The notes beneath the pieces were generated by a model. It saw only the letters and a list, made by a program, of their open reading frames with translations, did no database searches and was not told the DNA's origin. Shown piece after piece: positions 30,869 to 41,769 of a DNA stretch of 64,000 bases. Origin of the DNA: Thermoanaerobaculia bacterium (GTDB lineage: Bacteria; Acidobacteriota; Thermoanaerobaculia; Multivoradales; Multivoraceae); NCBI GenBank assembly GCA_963664405.1, contig OY761158.1:2560001-2624000 (forward strand), written 5' to 3'. Position 1 is the first letter of the stretch, and the number at the start of each line of letters is the position of its first letter. The translations under genes were made by a program, and so were the position numbers.

Positions 30869-31981
30869 ATGCTGCTGCCAGAAGACATTCCTACCCTACT
30901 CCGACCGACCGCAGCCGCCGCCTTGGTGTGGCTCAATCGCGAGCGCGGCACGAATTACGCGCTCACCGGGCTTGCGAACGTCGAGATGGCAGAGGTCGAC
31001 ACACTGCCGGCTGAGCCCTTTGAGCTCGGTCTGGTGCTCTGCGACGGCGACATCTGTGCGCGAGAGCAAGTTCGCGTGCGATCCGCAGGCGATGCCCACG
31101 AGTTCAGTTTCGTTGAAGCGCCGCCCGCGGACATCCCACCTCTGCTCGACCCACCGGCAGGCGTGCGAAGCCGATGGCTGGATCAGCAACTGGAGAAATT
31201 CGACTTCATTCTGCTGCTCTTCTATCGCGGGCGCTGGTGACCGCCCTGCCGCTTCGAGTTACGAAGCTACAAGAAGAGCGGCGTCCTGGACGCGATCCGC
31301 GAAGCCGGCGGGGAAGTGTTCGGGATTACCAGTGAGCCCCAGAGCCTCGCCACCGAGGCGGAGGAAGACTGGGAGATGGGGTTCCCGGTGATCGGCGATC
31401 CTCATCACGAGATTCGTGAGGTCTGCCAAGCGCGTGGCTGGTTGGACGTTTTCTTCAACGAGGATTGCGGCCACCTCGGCAGGCGTCCATGGGCAAGCCA
31501 TCCCAAGGGCTACTACCAACCCGCCGTGCTCGCGGTCACCCAAGAAGGGCGTGTGCTCTATCGGTGGCGGTGCGTGCCCAAGTACACCAATATAAGCGGC
31601 GCGGGCGCGCGGCCGGAAGCGGTCTATACCTGGAACAAAATGCAGGACACGATGCAGGACAGCACCGATGCAGAGCCGGATCGCGATCCCACACTCGGCG
31701 CAGAAGACCTCTCCTGGTTCCGCTTTCTGCTGATCATGGTGGCGCACGGCTGGTTCTTGCGTCCCAAGGCGTTTCCCCTGGCGCGCCCTGACGATCCGCG
31801 ACGCGTGAGCCCGCGCTTCATGATGCGCAGGGTCTACGGTTTTCTCGCGGTCTGGGCCGTGGCCCTGGTGTCGCTACCAGCGCAGTGGGTTGCAGGGGCG
31901 GCACTCGTGTGGGTGGCGGTGCTGACGCCGGGAATCATCGCCATACATCGCCAGTTTCAGAACGAGCCGGACGCGTACTAG
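30869..31981 (+). CDS. Putative peroxiredoxin-like (AhpC/TSA) selenoprotein, UxxC, with C-terminal membrane helices
   Basis: ORFs 30860..31240 and 31316..31981 are in frame across TGA 31238-31240: LLFYRGRW-U-PPC. Confidence 0.85.
31251..31267 (+). promoter_or_regulatory. Candidate bacterial SECIS hairpin
   Basis: GCTTCG-AGTTA-CGAAGC starting 10 nt after UGA; GU in loop. Confidence 0.65.
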
Positions 31982-32100
31982 ACCAGCGTTTCCGAAGTTC
32001 GAATCGCATAGCTCGAGGTCATTCTGTTCGCTGGCCAGGCGCGCCGACGCAGGCATATTGAGCGACTTCCGCCTGCCCAGGGCAGAATGTTCGGCTGGCA

Positions 32101-32951
32101 GTGCGACACGAAGGAGGAATCTGATGACCTGATCGAAAGACAGAGATAGGAGACCTCTGGGTCTCGAAGGCCGGCGGGTGAAAGTCCCGCCCGGGGAGTT
32201 GTCGGTACACCCCGGTAGCCGCCGGAGCAGTCGATTCGGGTGACCGTCCGGCTGAAGCCTCCGGAACATCTGGATTAAGTCCAGAGGGCAAAGGTGCAGG
32301 CCGCAACGCGAGTGAACCCTGAGAAGGCCCCGAAAGTTACTTGCTGGAGCCGACCCTCCTGCCATAAGGGGAAGGCCGCCGCTCGGCGGAGGAGCAACCG
32401 ATCGTTGAATCCGTCGAATCCAGCCGGGGTAGTGGGGGTGGCATGTACCGAAGGTCTTTGAGGCAACGTGTGAGACCCACGTCGGTGGCGGGTTGCGACC
32501 GCCAACCGGGAAGGCGTAAAAGGCCGTTCTCGGGCCGGGGTGGGAGTCGGAGGGGCTCGAAGTACTGATGAAGCCGGGTAACTCCGGTGGAGGGAAGGAG
32601 CCCTAGTTCTGGTGCGCTTTGGAAGGAGAAGGAGACCGGGATTGACGCAAGTCTAGGAACCCGAATGAGTCAAACGACTCCGGAAGAAGCTCTGTGACAA
32701 GGCCAAGCGAGAGGACGGTACAAGCTCCGATCGCAAGGAGCCGCCCGGCTAGATCGGGTCGAGGGGAACGACTCGCGAATGCCTTGTCGTGAAGCCAGTC
32801 CGGGAGCCGTGTGCGGGAGAACCGCAAGCACGGTTCGATGAGAGGCGGCGGGAAACGGAGCCAAGGACAGGAGAGTGAGGCACTCGCAACCGAAAGGGCG
32901 AGAAAACAGATGGGCCTGACCTACAGCCACCGCGCCCGCCGTCGACTCCAC
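32101..32951 (+). mobile_element. ORF-less (internally deleted) group II intron ribozyme
   Basis: 5' GTGCG; domain V gAGCcgtgtgcgggagaaccgcaagcacggttc (32804-32836); domain VI with branch A (32945) and ...AC end; RT remnant VKRLRKKLCDKAKRE. Confidence 0.9.
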
Positions 32952-32976
32952 CCTTAGCCAGCCAGCAGCAGGGGCC

Positions 32977-33004
32977 GAAGCCTGAAGCCTGTAGCCCGAA
33001 GCCT
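32977..33004 (+). repeat. Short heptamer tandem repeat (GAAGCCT-like x4)
   Basis: gaagcct gaagcct gtagccc gaagcct. Confidence 0.55.
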
Positions 33005-33107
33005 GCGCGGCCGCTCGAAGAGCCCTGAGCTACTTTGGTTGCGGCCCGCGGCCGCGCTAGGATTGAAAGACTTGAGAGGATGACAGTGGTGATGACAGAA
33101 TTGGGAC

Positions 33108-33401
33108 ATGGCCGTTTCAGAGGATGCACCCTTTGTTGATGTGAGAGAGGCAGCGCGAGTGCTGGCGGTGTCGGAGTCTACGGTCTGGCGGCAGATTCGG
33201 CGCGGCAGCCTTCCCAGCGTTCGACGAAGAGGCCGCCGACTGATTCCGCGACACGCCCTCGAGGCCTACTCCTACAGGCGGGATCAAGAGGAGGTTCCTG
33301 CCTTGCGCCGGGACCATCCCATGTTCCGCCTGGTCGGAGCGGGGCGCTCCGGCGGATCGACGCCGGGAGCGCGCGACAAGTACGGCGTCCTGAGCGAATG
33401 A
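33108..33401 (+). CDS. Excisionase-like HTH antitoxin
   Basis: VREAARVLAVSESTVWRQIRRGSLPS; ATGA overlap with PIN gene. Confidence 0.75.
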   Translation: MAVSEDAPFVDVREAARVLAVSESTVWRQIRRGSLPSVRRRGRRLIPRHALEAYSYRRDQEEVPALRRDHPMFRLVGAGRSGGSTPGARDKYGVLSE

Positions 33402-33808
33402 GACGTTGGGTCCTGTGGGACTCGAGCGCCGTTCTGGCCCTGCTCGACGCGGACGACGCCGATCACCAGCCGGCTGTCTCTGTTGCGGAGCGTATCGCTT
33501 CCGAAGAACGCCCGAGCTTCATCACCAACTACATTGAAGCCGAAGCGCACGCTCTCCTGCTGCGTAAACTCGGCAGGTCTCTGGCAAGGGAGTGGCTAAT
33601 GAGCGGTGGCCTCCCCGTGCTCAGAGCTCAAGCCAGCGAAGAGCAGCGCGCCAAAGAGATTCTCTCCCGCTACGCAGACAAGGACTGGAGTCTCTGCGAC
33701 GCCATATCATTCGCCGTAATGAACGGCCGCGAGGTGAGAACCGCTTTCAGCTTCGACCACCACTTTCGACAATACGGCCGGTTCCGAGTCTGGGGTCTTT
33801 CAGAGTGA
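33398..33808 (+). CDS. vapC: VapC/PIN toxin
   Basis: LWDSSAVLA, EAH, SLCDAISFAVM, FSFDHHF. Confidence 0.88.
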   Translation: MRRWVLWDSSAVLALLDADDADHQPAVSVAERIASEERPSFITNYIEAEAHALLLRKLGRSLAREWLMSGGLPVLRAQASEEQRAKEILSRYADKDWSLCDAISFAVMNGREVRTAFSFDHHFRQYGRFRVWGLSE

Positions 33809-33886
33809 CAGACCGAACCGCGTGAGCGCGTTCTATTCGCTCAGGATGGCCTGGTTCACCGTCAGCGAACCACGCATAGCCCAGAC

Positions 33887-35240
33887 CTACTCCGCACAGC
33901 GATAACTTTCGGCGGAACTTGGATCACCCCCTTTAAAATCCGCAAGCTGCGGAAACGGGCAATGCCTGCGCGTAAACGCACCATCCGGTCGGGAGCCAAT
34001 CAACTCGGTTGGGGCCTTTCCTTCTTCGACCCACTCAACCAACGGCGCCAAATAATCGACCACGTGAGCGCCAGGGCCTCCTCTACAGTGCTGCATTCCG
34101 GGTACCATGAAGAGCCTAAAAAACTCGGCCGCGCGCTCTGCCCCGCCGTTGGCCGCAATCACCTGATCAAGATAGTCGATGGCGCGTTGAGGGCGTAGGG
34201 GGTAATCGTTCCAGCCCTGATACATCAGAACCTTGCCACCGCGCGCTCGAAAAGCTGAGAGATCCGCCGTGTGCACATCGACAATCGCCGAAGCTCGGTT
34301 CCAGTGCAAGTCCGCTCGGTCCCTATTGACGTCGAACTCTGAACTATCGTACGTAAGATCGCGGTAAACCCAATATTTCAAGATGTCGTCGGCAGCCATG
34401 CCATTGAGCCTCCCCGCCAAAACCTCTCCGGTAGTGGGAACAGTGGCATTTGGCAAGGCCCACAAGGCCCAGTCGCCATGTCCCTCAGCTCCTGGCATCA
34501 GACCCGGTGAGAGCAGTTCGCCGCTCTCCGCGACGACACCTCGGTAGTGCTGCTGCACCGTGGCCAACTGACCCGCGGATAAGCACGTCGATGGGTTCTG
34601 GCCGGATCTGCAGTGCAACGTCGCGGGGTCGTAGTGTTCGTCAGTACACAAGCGGGGATCATTGATGACGCCGTCCTCGACTCCATCCAGGGTATCGCAA
34701 GCCCGGCGCGAAGCGTCTCCCAATAGTTTCAGCTCCGCCTCCTCCAATGGGTGGGCGTTCTGAGCGCGATCAGCCATGAGCACCCACAGCAGGAACTCAT
34801 CGTAATGAAACACCGGAGCACCAGCGACGATACCGTCGAAATCCTCAGGAAACCGGGTCGCTTCAATCATGCCCTGCCGCCCGCCATTGGAGCAGCCCTG
34901 ATAGTAGGAAAACTGAATCTCTCGGCGATAGAAAGCTGTGATGATTTCCTTGGAGAGCTGGGCGACCAGATGCACGGCGCGGAAGGCAAAGTCCAACGCC
35001 GCATCGGCTTGCAGGACAAAATCAATTGAACTCCCTTCATGTCCTGTATCCGTAGAGGACATGGCATAACCCCGGGCAAGCTCTGTAGTCGTGTCGGCAA
35101 TATAGCCCGAATTGCCGCCGGTGCCGACCATGAGAAAGCGGCCATTCCAATCGCGTAGCGGCATGCGAACTTCAAAACGAATGGCCCGGTTCAGCACGCC
35201 CCGTACGGCGCAATGCTCGGGGACGTAGCGCCCAGCTGGT
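33887..35240 (-). pseudogene. Tannase/feruloyl esterase family, lacking N-terminus
   Basis: GCSNGGRQG, DFDGIVAGAP, MVPGMQHCRGG; homology begins ~PEHCAVRG with no signal peptide. Confidence 0.8.
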
Positions 35241-36389
35241 CCGGACCGTGGACGGCAGAGAACTCTGGTCGGAGCACTACGACCGAGAGCTGGGCGATGT
35301 CTTCGCCGTCCAGGACGAGATCGCCGTTGCGATCGCCGAGGGAGCGACGGCGAAGATCTTGCCGCCACCTGCTCGCCCGGGGGGGGGGAGGGACTCACCG
35401 ACAACCAAGAGGTCAACTATCTCTTCCTGGAAGCCCAGCATCATCGTGTACAGGGGCACCACGGGGACAGGGAACGGGCCATCGAGCTCCTGGAGCGGGC
35501 GCTCGTCTTGGAGCCCAACTTCGCCGCCGGCCACGCTCTTCTTGCCCTGTGCTACAACAATCTGGCCTTCTTTAGTCTCGCGGCGACCGAGCAGGCTCGC
35601 TCCAAGGCGGAGACAGCAGCGGTCCGGGCTCTCGAGCTCGACGACTCGCTGGCCACCGCGCAGGTGGCCTTCGGGGTCGTCCGTTCCTGCTGCCACTGGG
35701 ACTGGGCGGGCGCGCAGCGAGCACTCCGGCGCGCCATCGAGCTCGATCCCGGAGCCCCGGGACCCCACTACTGGTATGCCATGGCCTGGCTCGCTCCCCT
35801 CGGCCGCCTCGAGGAGGCCGAACGAGAGTTGAGGACTTCTATCGAGCTCGACCCTTTGGCACCGCCACGTAGTTGGTCTCTCGCGCACGTCCTCTTCTGG
35901 TCGCGGCGCTACGATGCCGCCCTCCTCGAGCTCCGCCATGCGCTGGAGCTCGATCCGGGATCCCGCACAGCGCGTACTGCGCTCGCAATCGCTTACACGG
36001 CCCTGGAAAGCTGCGAGGACGCGCTGCCAAAGCGCCGGATCCTATTCGAGAGCCTGGGACAGCATGAGGTGGTGCAGGAAGCGGCTCGGATCTACCAGTC
36101 GGCCGGGGAAGAGGGAGTGCTCCGTTGGCTGTTCGAAGGGCGGCTACCACCTGCGAAAGCGAGCGACGATCACGTCTTCCACCAGGCCTGTTTGTTTTCC
36201 CAACTCGGCGAAAAAGAGTCCGCCTTCTCCTGCCTGGAGCAGGCCTTCGCCCGGAAGAGCGGCTGGATGCTCTACACGAAGGTTCTTCCCTGGCTCGACA
36301 ACTTGCGCTCCGATTCTCGCTTCGATGCCCTTCTCGAGCGCATGGGAGTCAACGATCCACGGGTAGCGACAGCGGGGGCGGTCGTCTAG
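35241..36389 (+). pseudogene. TolB-like/TPR C-terminal fragment of a signalling protein (frameshift at G-run ~35380)
   Basis: LWSEHYDRELGDVFAVQDEIA; repeated RALELDP TPRs; LRSDSRFDALL. Confidence 0.75.
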
Positions 36390-36427
36390 CATCTGGAGGC
36401 GTAGATTCAGACCGACAAGAAAGGCGG

Positions 36428-36582
36428 TTGTCAATCCGTCTCCTCCCGTTCCGGCCTCTCGCTACCGCCGTGCTCGCGCTCGCGGTGAGCGCCGCCTTCG
36501 CGTCGCCCAGCGGCCCCACGTCATCATCGTCATGACCGACGACCAGGGCTACCCCGAGCTTTCGGCGCACGGCAATCCGTAG
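36428..36582 (+). pseudogene. Sulfatase N-terminal remnant
   Basis: Signal peptide then PHVIIVMTDDQGYPELSAHGNP*, ending at TA promoter. Confidence 0.65.
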
Positions 36583-36594
36583 TAACGTTGCTAC
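36579..36594. promoter_or_regulatory. Palindromic operator of phd-vapC
   Basis: gtagtaacgttgctac near-perfect palindrome. Confidence 0.55.
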
Positions 36595-36608
36595 AATCAG
36601 GAGGCGAG

Positions 36609-36866
36609 ATGGCCACGAAGAAACTCACAAGCCGGGAATTCAACCAGGACACAGGTGGCGCCAAGAGGGCCGCCGAGTCAGGACCGATCTACATCACCGA
36701 TCGAGGTCGGCCCTCCCATGTGCTGTTGACTTTCGCCGACTACCAACGTCTCGCCGCGAACCAGCCGGGCATCATCGAGCTGCTCTCAGAACCGGAAGGA
36801 GTCGGGGACATCGATCTGGAAGTCGCGATCTCCCGTGAGCTACCTCAGCCTGCACGCTTCGACTGA
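36609..36866 (+). CDS. Phd/YefM family antitoxin
   Basis: LTSREFNQDTGGAKRAA, GPIYITDRGRPSHVLL. Confidence 0.9.
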   Translation: MATKKLTSREFNQDTGGAKRAAESGPIYITDRGRPSHVLLTFADYQRLAANQPGIIELLSEPEGVGDIDLEVAISRELPQPARFD

Positions 36867-37285
36867 TGTTCATCCTCGACACCAACGTCGTCTCGGAGCT
36901 CCGCAAGGCCAAGGCAGGCACAGCCAACCCCGGGGTCACCGAGTGGGCCATTGAAGTCCCGGCATCGTTGATGTTCCTGTCGGTGATCTCGCTTCACGAG
37001 CTCGAACATGGCGTGCTCCTGGCCGAGCGTCGCGATCCTGCCCAGGGCAGCGTTCTACGCCGGTGGCTCGACACCAGCGTCGCCACGGCGTTCGCCGATC
37101 GGTTTCTGCCCGTCGATGAGCCGGTCGCTCGACGAGCGGCCGCATTGCATGTTCCCGACCCGGCACCCTTTCGGGACGCCCTCATCGCCGCGACGGCGCA
37201 TGTGCACGCAATGACCGTCGTTACACGGAATGTGAGGGACTTCGGTCGTTTCGTCGGGCTCCATGTCACGAACCCCTGGACCTGA
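36866..37285 (+). CDS. vapC: VapC/PIN toxin
   Basis: FILDTNVVSELRK, DALIAATA, VVTRNVRDF. Confidence 0.92.
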   Translation: MFILDTNVVSELRKAKAGTANPGVTEWAIEVPASLMFLSVISLHELEHGVLLAERRDPAQGSVLRRWLDTSVATAFADRFLPVDEPVARRAAALHVPDPAPFRDALIAATAHVHAMTVVTRNVRDFGRFVGLHVTNPWT

Positions 37286-37376
37286 AAAACCGACTTGGTA
37301 TCTCCAATAGCTCACATTCGTGCCGTATGAATCAAGTTGCTATCGAAGTGAACTCGTGCTGGGTGGACGCCCGGCC

Positions 37377-38150
37377 CTAGGTAATCGTCGCCTCGACGTA
37401 GCCGAACGCGGACGAGACAACCTCCACGTGAGTCTTCTCACCCAGTGGCAGAGCCGGCCCGAATGCGCCGGTCAGGAGCGTTTCGCCCTTACGGATCCGC
37501 CGACCGTCCGCGGCCAGCTTTCCCACCATCCAGACTACGGCCCGCAAGATATCGCGTGGCCAGGACAGCGAGGGCCACGAATCAACCACCTCACCGTCGA
37601 AAAGCACCACCAGGTCCGTGGATAGTGACGTGGCCGGCGCCGGGCTCCCCACGCCGCGAACGACCCCGGCATGAATCGCATTGTTCGCAATCAGCTCGTG
37701 GCCCCGCGGTGGCTCGCCCCTCATCATCAGATTGTGCAGCTCAATGACCGGGAAGATCCGGTCGATTGATTTCGAGAATGTGTCGATCGTGACGGAGTCC
37801 GGGTTGATGTCGCGGCCGAGGGTAACCGCAAATTCACCTTCGATGGCGATGTTCGCAAAGTCCCTCTTCGAGAGCTTGGCGCCATTGACATGCTGCTCCG
37901 TTGACCAGAGCCGTGCCCAGACCGGATGCGAGAGTCCGGTGGACCGCTGATTCGCCGGGTTGATAGCGCCGATCTTGTATCCGACCAACTGCTCGCCGCG
38001 CTGCTCCCTCAGATCGGCAACCGCAGCCTGTAGCTTCCAGGCGTCATCGACCGACAGCCGCAGCCCTTCGCCAAACACGGTGCCGGGATCTCTGGCATCG
38101 TAGTCGCGCAACATACGTTCGGCCAAGGCGGCAAAATCGGGTTCTGGCAT
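37377..38150 (-). CDS. 2-keto-4-pentenoate hydratase (FAH superfamily)
   Basis: GYKIG, IEGEFA, IANNA, LLTGA. Confidence 0.8.
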   Translation of the reverse strand: MPEPDFAALAERMLRDYDARDPGTVFGEGLRLSVDDAWKLQAAVADLREQRGEQLVGYKIGAINPANQRSTGLSHPVWARLWSTEQHVNGAKLSKRDFANIAIEGEFAVTLGRDINPDSVTIDTFSKSIDRIFPVIELHNLMMRGEPPRGHELIANNAIHAGVVRGVGSPAPATSLSTDLVVLFDGEVVDSWPSLSWPRDILRAVVWMVGKLAADGRRIRKGETLLTGAFGPALPLGEKTHVEVVSSAFGYVEATIT

Positions 38151-38320
38151 CGGATTCCTCGGTTTCGGGAGACGTACAGCGTATTCGAGCAGGGGACCTA
38201 GAGCGAGCGTTCTCGGTGGAAGCCGGCCGGTGAGCGTCTAGGATCCGGAACCTCAGAATGGATCATCGCGATTAGGAGCATAGCGCTATGCGCGTACCAT
38301 CCGGTGTCACCACAACGCCC

Positions 38321-38530
38321 GGCAGCCTTCGGCTGCCAAGGTGCCAGCCGAGTATTCTGCCCTCCACTCGGGGAGGGATTTGCAGCCGAGCGGTCAGCCC
38401 GCAGGGATGATCGCGAACGCCCAAGATCCCGTTGGGGCTACCTGCGCGCTGCGCGCGCTGGTATCCCCAAGTAACCCTATTTTGAACACCCCTAAGTATC
38501 GCTATTTTGAACACCTGGATGGATTGGCTG
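38321..38530 (+). repeat. REP-like repeat, copy D (intact, uninterrupted)
   Basis: ggcagccttcggctgcc hairpin + aaggtgccagccgagtattctg core + ~180 bp near-identical to 42858-43040, including tattttgaacacc x2. Confidence 0.85.
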
Positions 38531-38727
38531 ACTGGGCTTGGCAAGCTGAGACGAGTCCTCCAACAGGGATGATCATCACCACAAGCCGAGGAGAAGATCG
38601 GGGATCTTCCGGGATCTTCTGGTCGGAGAGACCTCCTTCCGACTCGTGTCTGCCGCCTTCTCGTGCACTACGTGATTCGCAACTAGCTCTCGACGCGTGA
38701 GTTAGCGTTCGGCCGATTTATCGCACC

Positions 38728-39312
38728 CTACGCCCGCAACTTGAAGCGGCGAGGCGGCCGACTCGGTGACACGTGGTTCTTGGACGAAGTCTTCGTGAAT
38801 ATCCAGGGCCAGCGGCAGTATCTCTGGCTTGCCATCGATCAGGAGGGAGATGTGATCGACATCCTCGTGCAGCCACGCCGAGATCGAAGAGCAGCGGAAC
38901 GCTTCTTCCGCAAGCTCTTGAAGGGCCAAGGGGCAGAACCGGTGCTCCTGGTGACCGACAAGCTGAGGAGTTATGGCGCAGCGCATCGGACCACCATGCC
39001 CTCCGTCAGGCACGATACGAGCCAGTACGCGAACAATCGGGCTGAGGTCTCCCATCAGCCGACCCGCCAGCGAGAGCGACAGATGCGCCGCTTCAAGTCG
39101 CCCGGCCAGGCGCAGCGATTCCTCTCCGCTCACGGAGTCATCCAGAACCTTTTCCGCGTCGGGCGGCACCTCGTGAGCGCAGGCGACCACCGTACGCTGA
39201 GAGATCGTTCTTTCGGCGTCTGGCGGCAGGTGACGTGCGCCTGCTGAATCCGAGCCGACCAACCCTTGATAACGCCAGATCTCGCCTCGGCCAAGGCCAA
39301 GTTGACAGTGCC
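38728..39312 (+). mobile_element. IS6 family element copy 2 (5'-truncated)
   Basis: Partial transposase 38741..39247; right IR aagttgacagtgcc. Confidence 0.9.
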
Positions 39313-39322
39313 GCGCGGAGAC

Positions 39323-40825
39323 CTAGTCTGCGGCCCGTACGTCTTCGTTGAAGACCTCGCCGGTCACCCCGTAGTGTCGGAATGTCGCGGTGGGGACACC
39401 GTCGAGCCTCGACACCTCGACGGCTAGAAAACCGCCCTTGGGCCGGTAGTAGAGCAGCTGGGAGTGATCGGTGTTCGCCATCGTCGTTGCGTGCACGTCG
39501 GTCGAGGGGCCGGACGAATACTCCAACATCCCCGTCTCGTGGTGTCGCGACACATACTGCCAGTGGCGATCACCGGTTATGAAATACATGTTCTTCTGTG
39601 CGCTGATGAACTCACGCAGCATGTCGCCTTCGTGAGACCACTCGGGATCCGCATGATTGTCCGACAGGTCGGCCTTCCACAGATGATCGGGGCCGACCAT
39701 GGGTGTCGGGCTGATCAATATCCTGAAGGTGGCATCCGAGGCCTCGACCGTTTGCTTGAACCAGGCGACCTGCTCCTTGCCCCACATCGTCTTTTGCGGC
39801 CCGTCCGGATCGTGATTCGGGCTGCGGAAGTCGCGGACCTCGACCAGCCAGATCTGCAGATCCTTGCCCCAGCGAAAAGTCCTGTACCGGCGCTCGCTCA
39901 TCGGCACCTGCTCACCGTAGACCAGGCCGCCCTGTTGGTAGGTGAAGAGGCCCATCCGTGGCGGCATCGTCGGCCAGCAGTCGTTCTGCCATGAATCGTG
40001 GTCGTCTTTCATGAAGTAGGACGGCACCGCGTTGTGAAAATCGCGAGTATTGGGCAGACCGAACAGCCTGTTCCATCGGAACCGTGCCAGATCGATGTGC
40101 GTCGTGTAGGGGTCCAAAAGGTCGTAGTAGACGATGTCTCCAGTGTGGACGAAGAATTCGGGTCGGAGGGCCAGCATGGCTCGAAAGAACTTGTGACCCT
40201 TGTCACCGTCATCCCGTGAGCTGTGGCGTGTGCCGGTGACGACGGTGAAGAGCACTCGGCTCGAGCGATCTTTCGGCGGCGCGGTCTCGAAGGAGCTGCG
40301 CAGGACAGCGCTTATCGGGCTCGCGGCGCTCTTTCTGCCTTCGACCGTCAACGAATACTCTGTGTCGGACTTCAACCCCTCCAACTTGAAGTGCCTGGTG
40401 AAGTCCCTGTCGTCCTCGACCGGCGTCCAGCCCAATACCCTCTTACTGTCCTCGTTCCCTCTCTCTGTGAAGGTGACTCTCACGTCTCCCTTCGTGCCGG
40501 GCACCGCCCCCGCTGCCTCCTCCAGGGACGCTCCCTGTGGTAGCTGAAATGCGTAGCCACCGGACGGTCCCATCTGCTCGTCGAGGATGTTCGCGTTGAC
40601 GAAGAAGTCCTTCTCTCCGAAGTTTCTGAACAGGATGCCTTCGGGGTCCGGTGCCGCTACGCTCGTCAACCGGGTCCAGACGATCACGCTGTCGGAGGTG
40701 AGCTCACCGATCTTGATGCCGTTGCCCATGTACACCCCCGAGTCGTCCTGGGCGCCGCAGAAGCCACTATGCAGTCCGAACAGCACGACCAGGGATAGCG
40801 TGACAAGTTGCTTTCGATCAGGCAT
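39323..40825 (-). CDS. PhoD-like alkaline phosphatase
   Basis: Signal peptide; VWTRL, HTGDIVYYD, KDDHD, TGDRHW. Confidence 0.85.
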   Translation of the reverse strand: MPDRKQLVTLSLVVLFGLHSGFCGAQDDSGVYMGNGIKIGELTSDSVIVWTRLTSVAAPDPEGILFRNFGEKDFFVNANILDEQMGPSGGYAFQLPQGASLEEAAGAVPGTKGDVRVTFTERGNEDSKRVLGWTPVEDDRDFTRHFKLEGLKSDTEYSLTVEGRKSAASPISAVLRSSFETAPPKDRSSRVLFTVVTGTRHSSRDDGDKGHKFFRAMLALRPEFFVHTGDIVYYDLLDPYTTHIDLARFRWNRLFGLPNTRDFHNAVPSYFMKDDHDSWQNDCWPTMPPRMGLFTYQQGGLVYGEQVPMSERRYRTFRWGKDLQIWLVEVRDFRSPNHDPDGPQKTMWGKEQVAWFKQTVEASDATFRILISPTPMVGPDHLWKADLSDNHADPEWSHEGDMLREFISAQKNMYFITGDRHWQYVSRHHETGMLEYSSGPSTDVHATTMANTDHSQLLYYRPKGGFLAVEVSRLDGVPTATFRHYGVTGEVFNEDVRAAD

Positions 40826-40875
40826 CGGTGTGTCTCTCTGTTGTGAGTCGGTTTAGGTGCGGGCGACAGATGGAT

Positions 40876-41269
40876 CTAAGGTTTCACATCGGCCGCGTCC
40901 GGCAGCTCCTCGTCGACGCGGAGCCAACCGATCTTCTCGTGCCGAAAGTCGTGAAAGCCCGCCGGAAAGGCGCCCGGGTCGTCGAAAATGCCAAGCGTAA
41001 TGTAGATGCGCTCGGGGCGCGGCTTGAAGCCGAAGCACAGGCTCGACCCGCAAGTCGGGCAGAAGCCCCGCCAAGCGCGCGCGCTCGAGTCGTATCGTAG
41101 CAGGCTCCGTCGACCATCGAACCTGGTCGCTGGCGAAAGTCGCGAACGTAGCCACCACGGCGCCTACCGCCCTGCGACACATTTCGCAGTGACAGTGGGT
41201 GACTCGACGCGGAGGACCCTCGGCTTCGAAGCGGGTCGCGCCGCAAAGGCAGCCGCCGGTGATGGTCAT
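40876..41269 (-). CDS. GFA family protein (frameshift near 41100)
   Basis: TGGCLCG, HCHCEMCRR, then RGFCPTCGSSL in shifted frame. Confidence 0.8.
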
Positions 41270-41349
41270 TGGCAGTTGAATTGTACTCGGGAGCTGAATC
41301 TTGCGTCGGCTGGCCAGGTCAGGCAGCCTACGGCTGCCAAGGTGCCACA

Positions 41350-41769
41350 CATTAGAAGGCCCGAGTCAAGCGAGCTCATCTCTCCTGGTCCGGCCTCCTG
41401 GGCCGGCGTTTTTTTCGGGACGAGGGCTTTTCTATCCCGTTCACGAGCTCGCTCGATGGCATCCGGGTTCTCTTCGTTGAGGGTGTCGGATCGAGTCCGC
41501 ACCAGCCACACATCAGGATCTAGGCCCGTGGGCTCGTTAGAGCATGGGGCCCCACGCGCCAGGCGCGCTAGAAAACCGTTGGGTTGACCGATCCACATCC
41601 ACGGGGTGAGTGACAGTCGATTGGGCTGCCCGTAAGGGCTCCAGCACCATTTGGCTCATGGATCGGGCGCATCGTCGAGCTCGAGAAGACGGAGGAAGAC
41701 CGGGGCGTTCCATTCACCCGACTGGGCTTGGTTGCCAGCACCTAGTACGGTTCGGCCCCGGCCTTCCGA
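41350..41769 (-). ncRNA. Predicted bridge/seek RNA of the IS110 element
   Basis: Segments AGGTGC (41738-41743) and TCGGGTG (41715-41721) match the two halves of the target; ATGTGTG (41507-41513) matches the element end plus core. Confidence 0.7.

Noticed and set aside
14972-31981. Genome-wide UGA reassignment to Trp/Gly
   Set aside because: Many genes end at TGA at expected C-termini (6462, 12499, 37285), so read-through must be site-specific
38478-38516. TATTTTGAACACC tandem as a CRISPR array
   Set aside because: Only two 13-bp units with a short spacer; no cas genes
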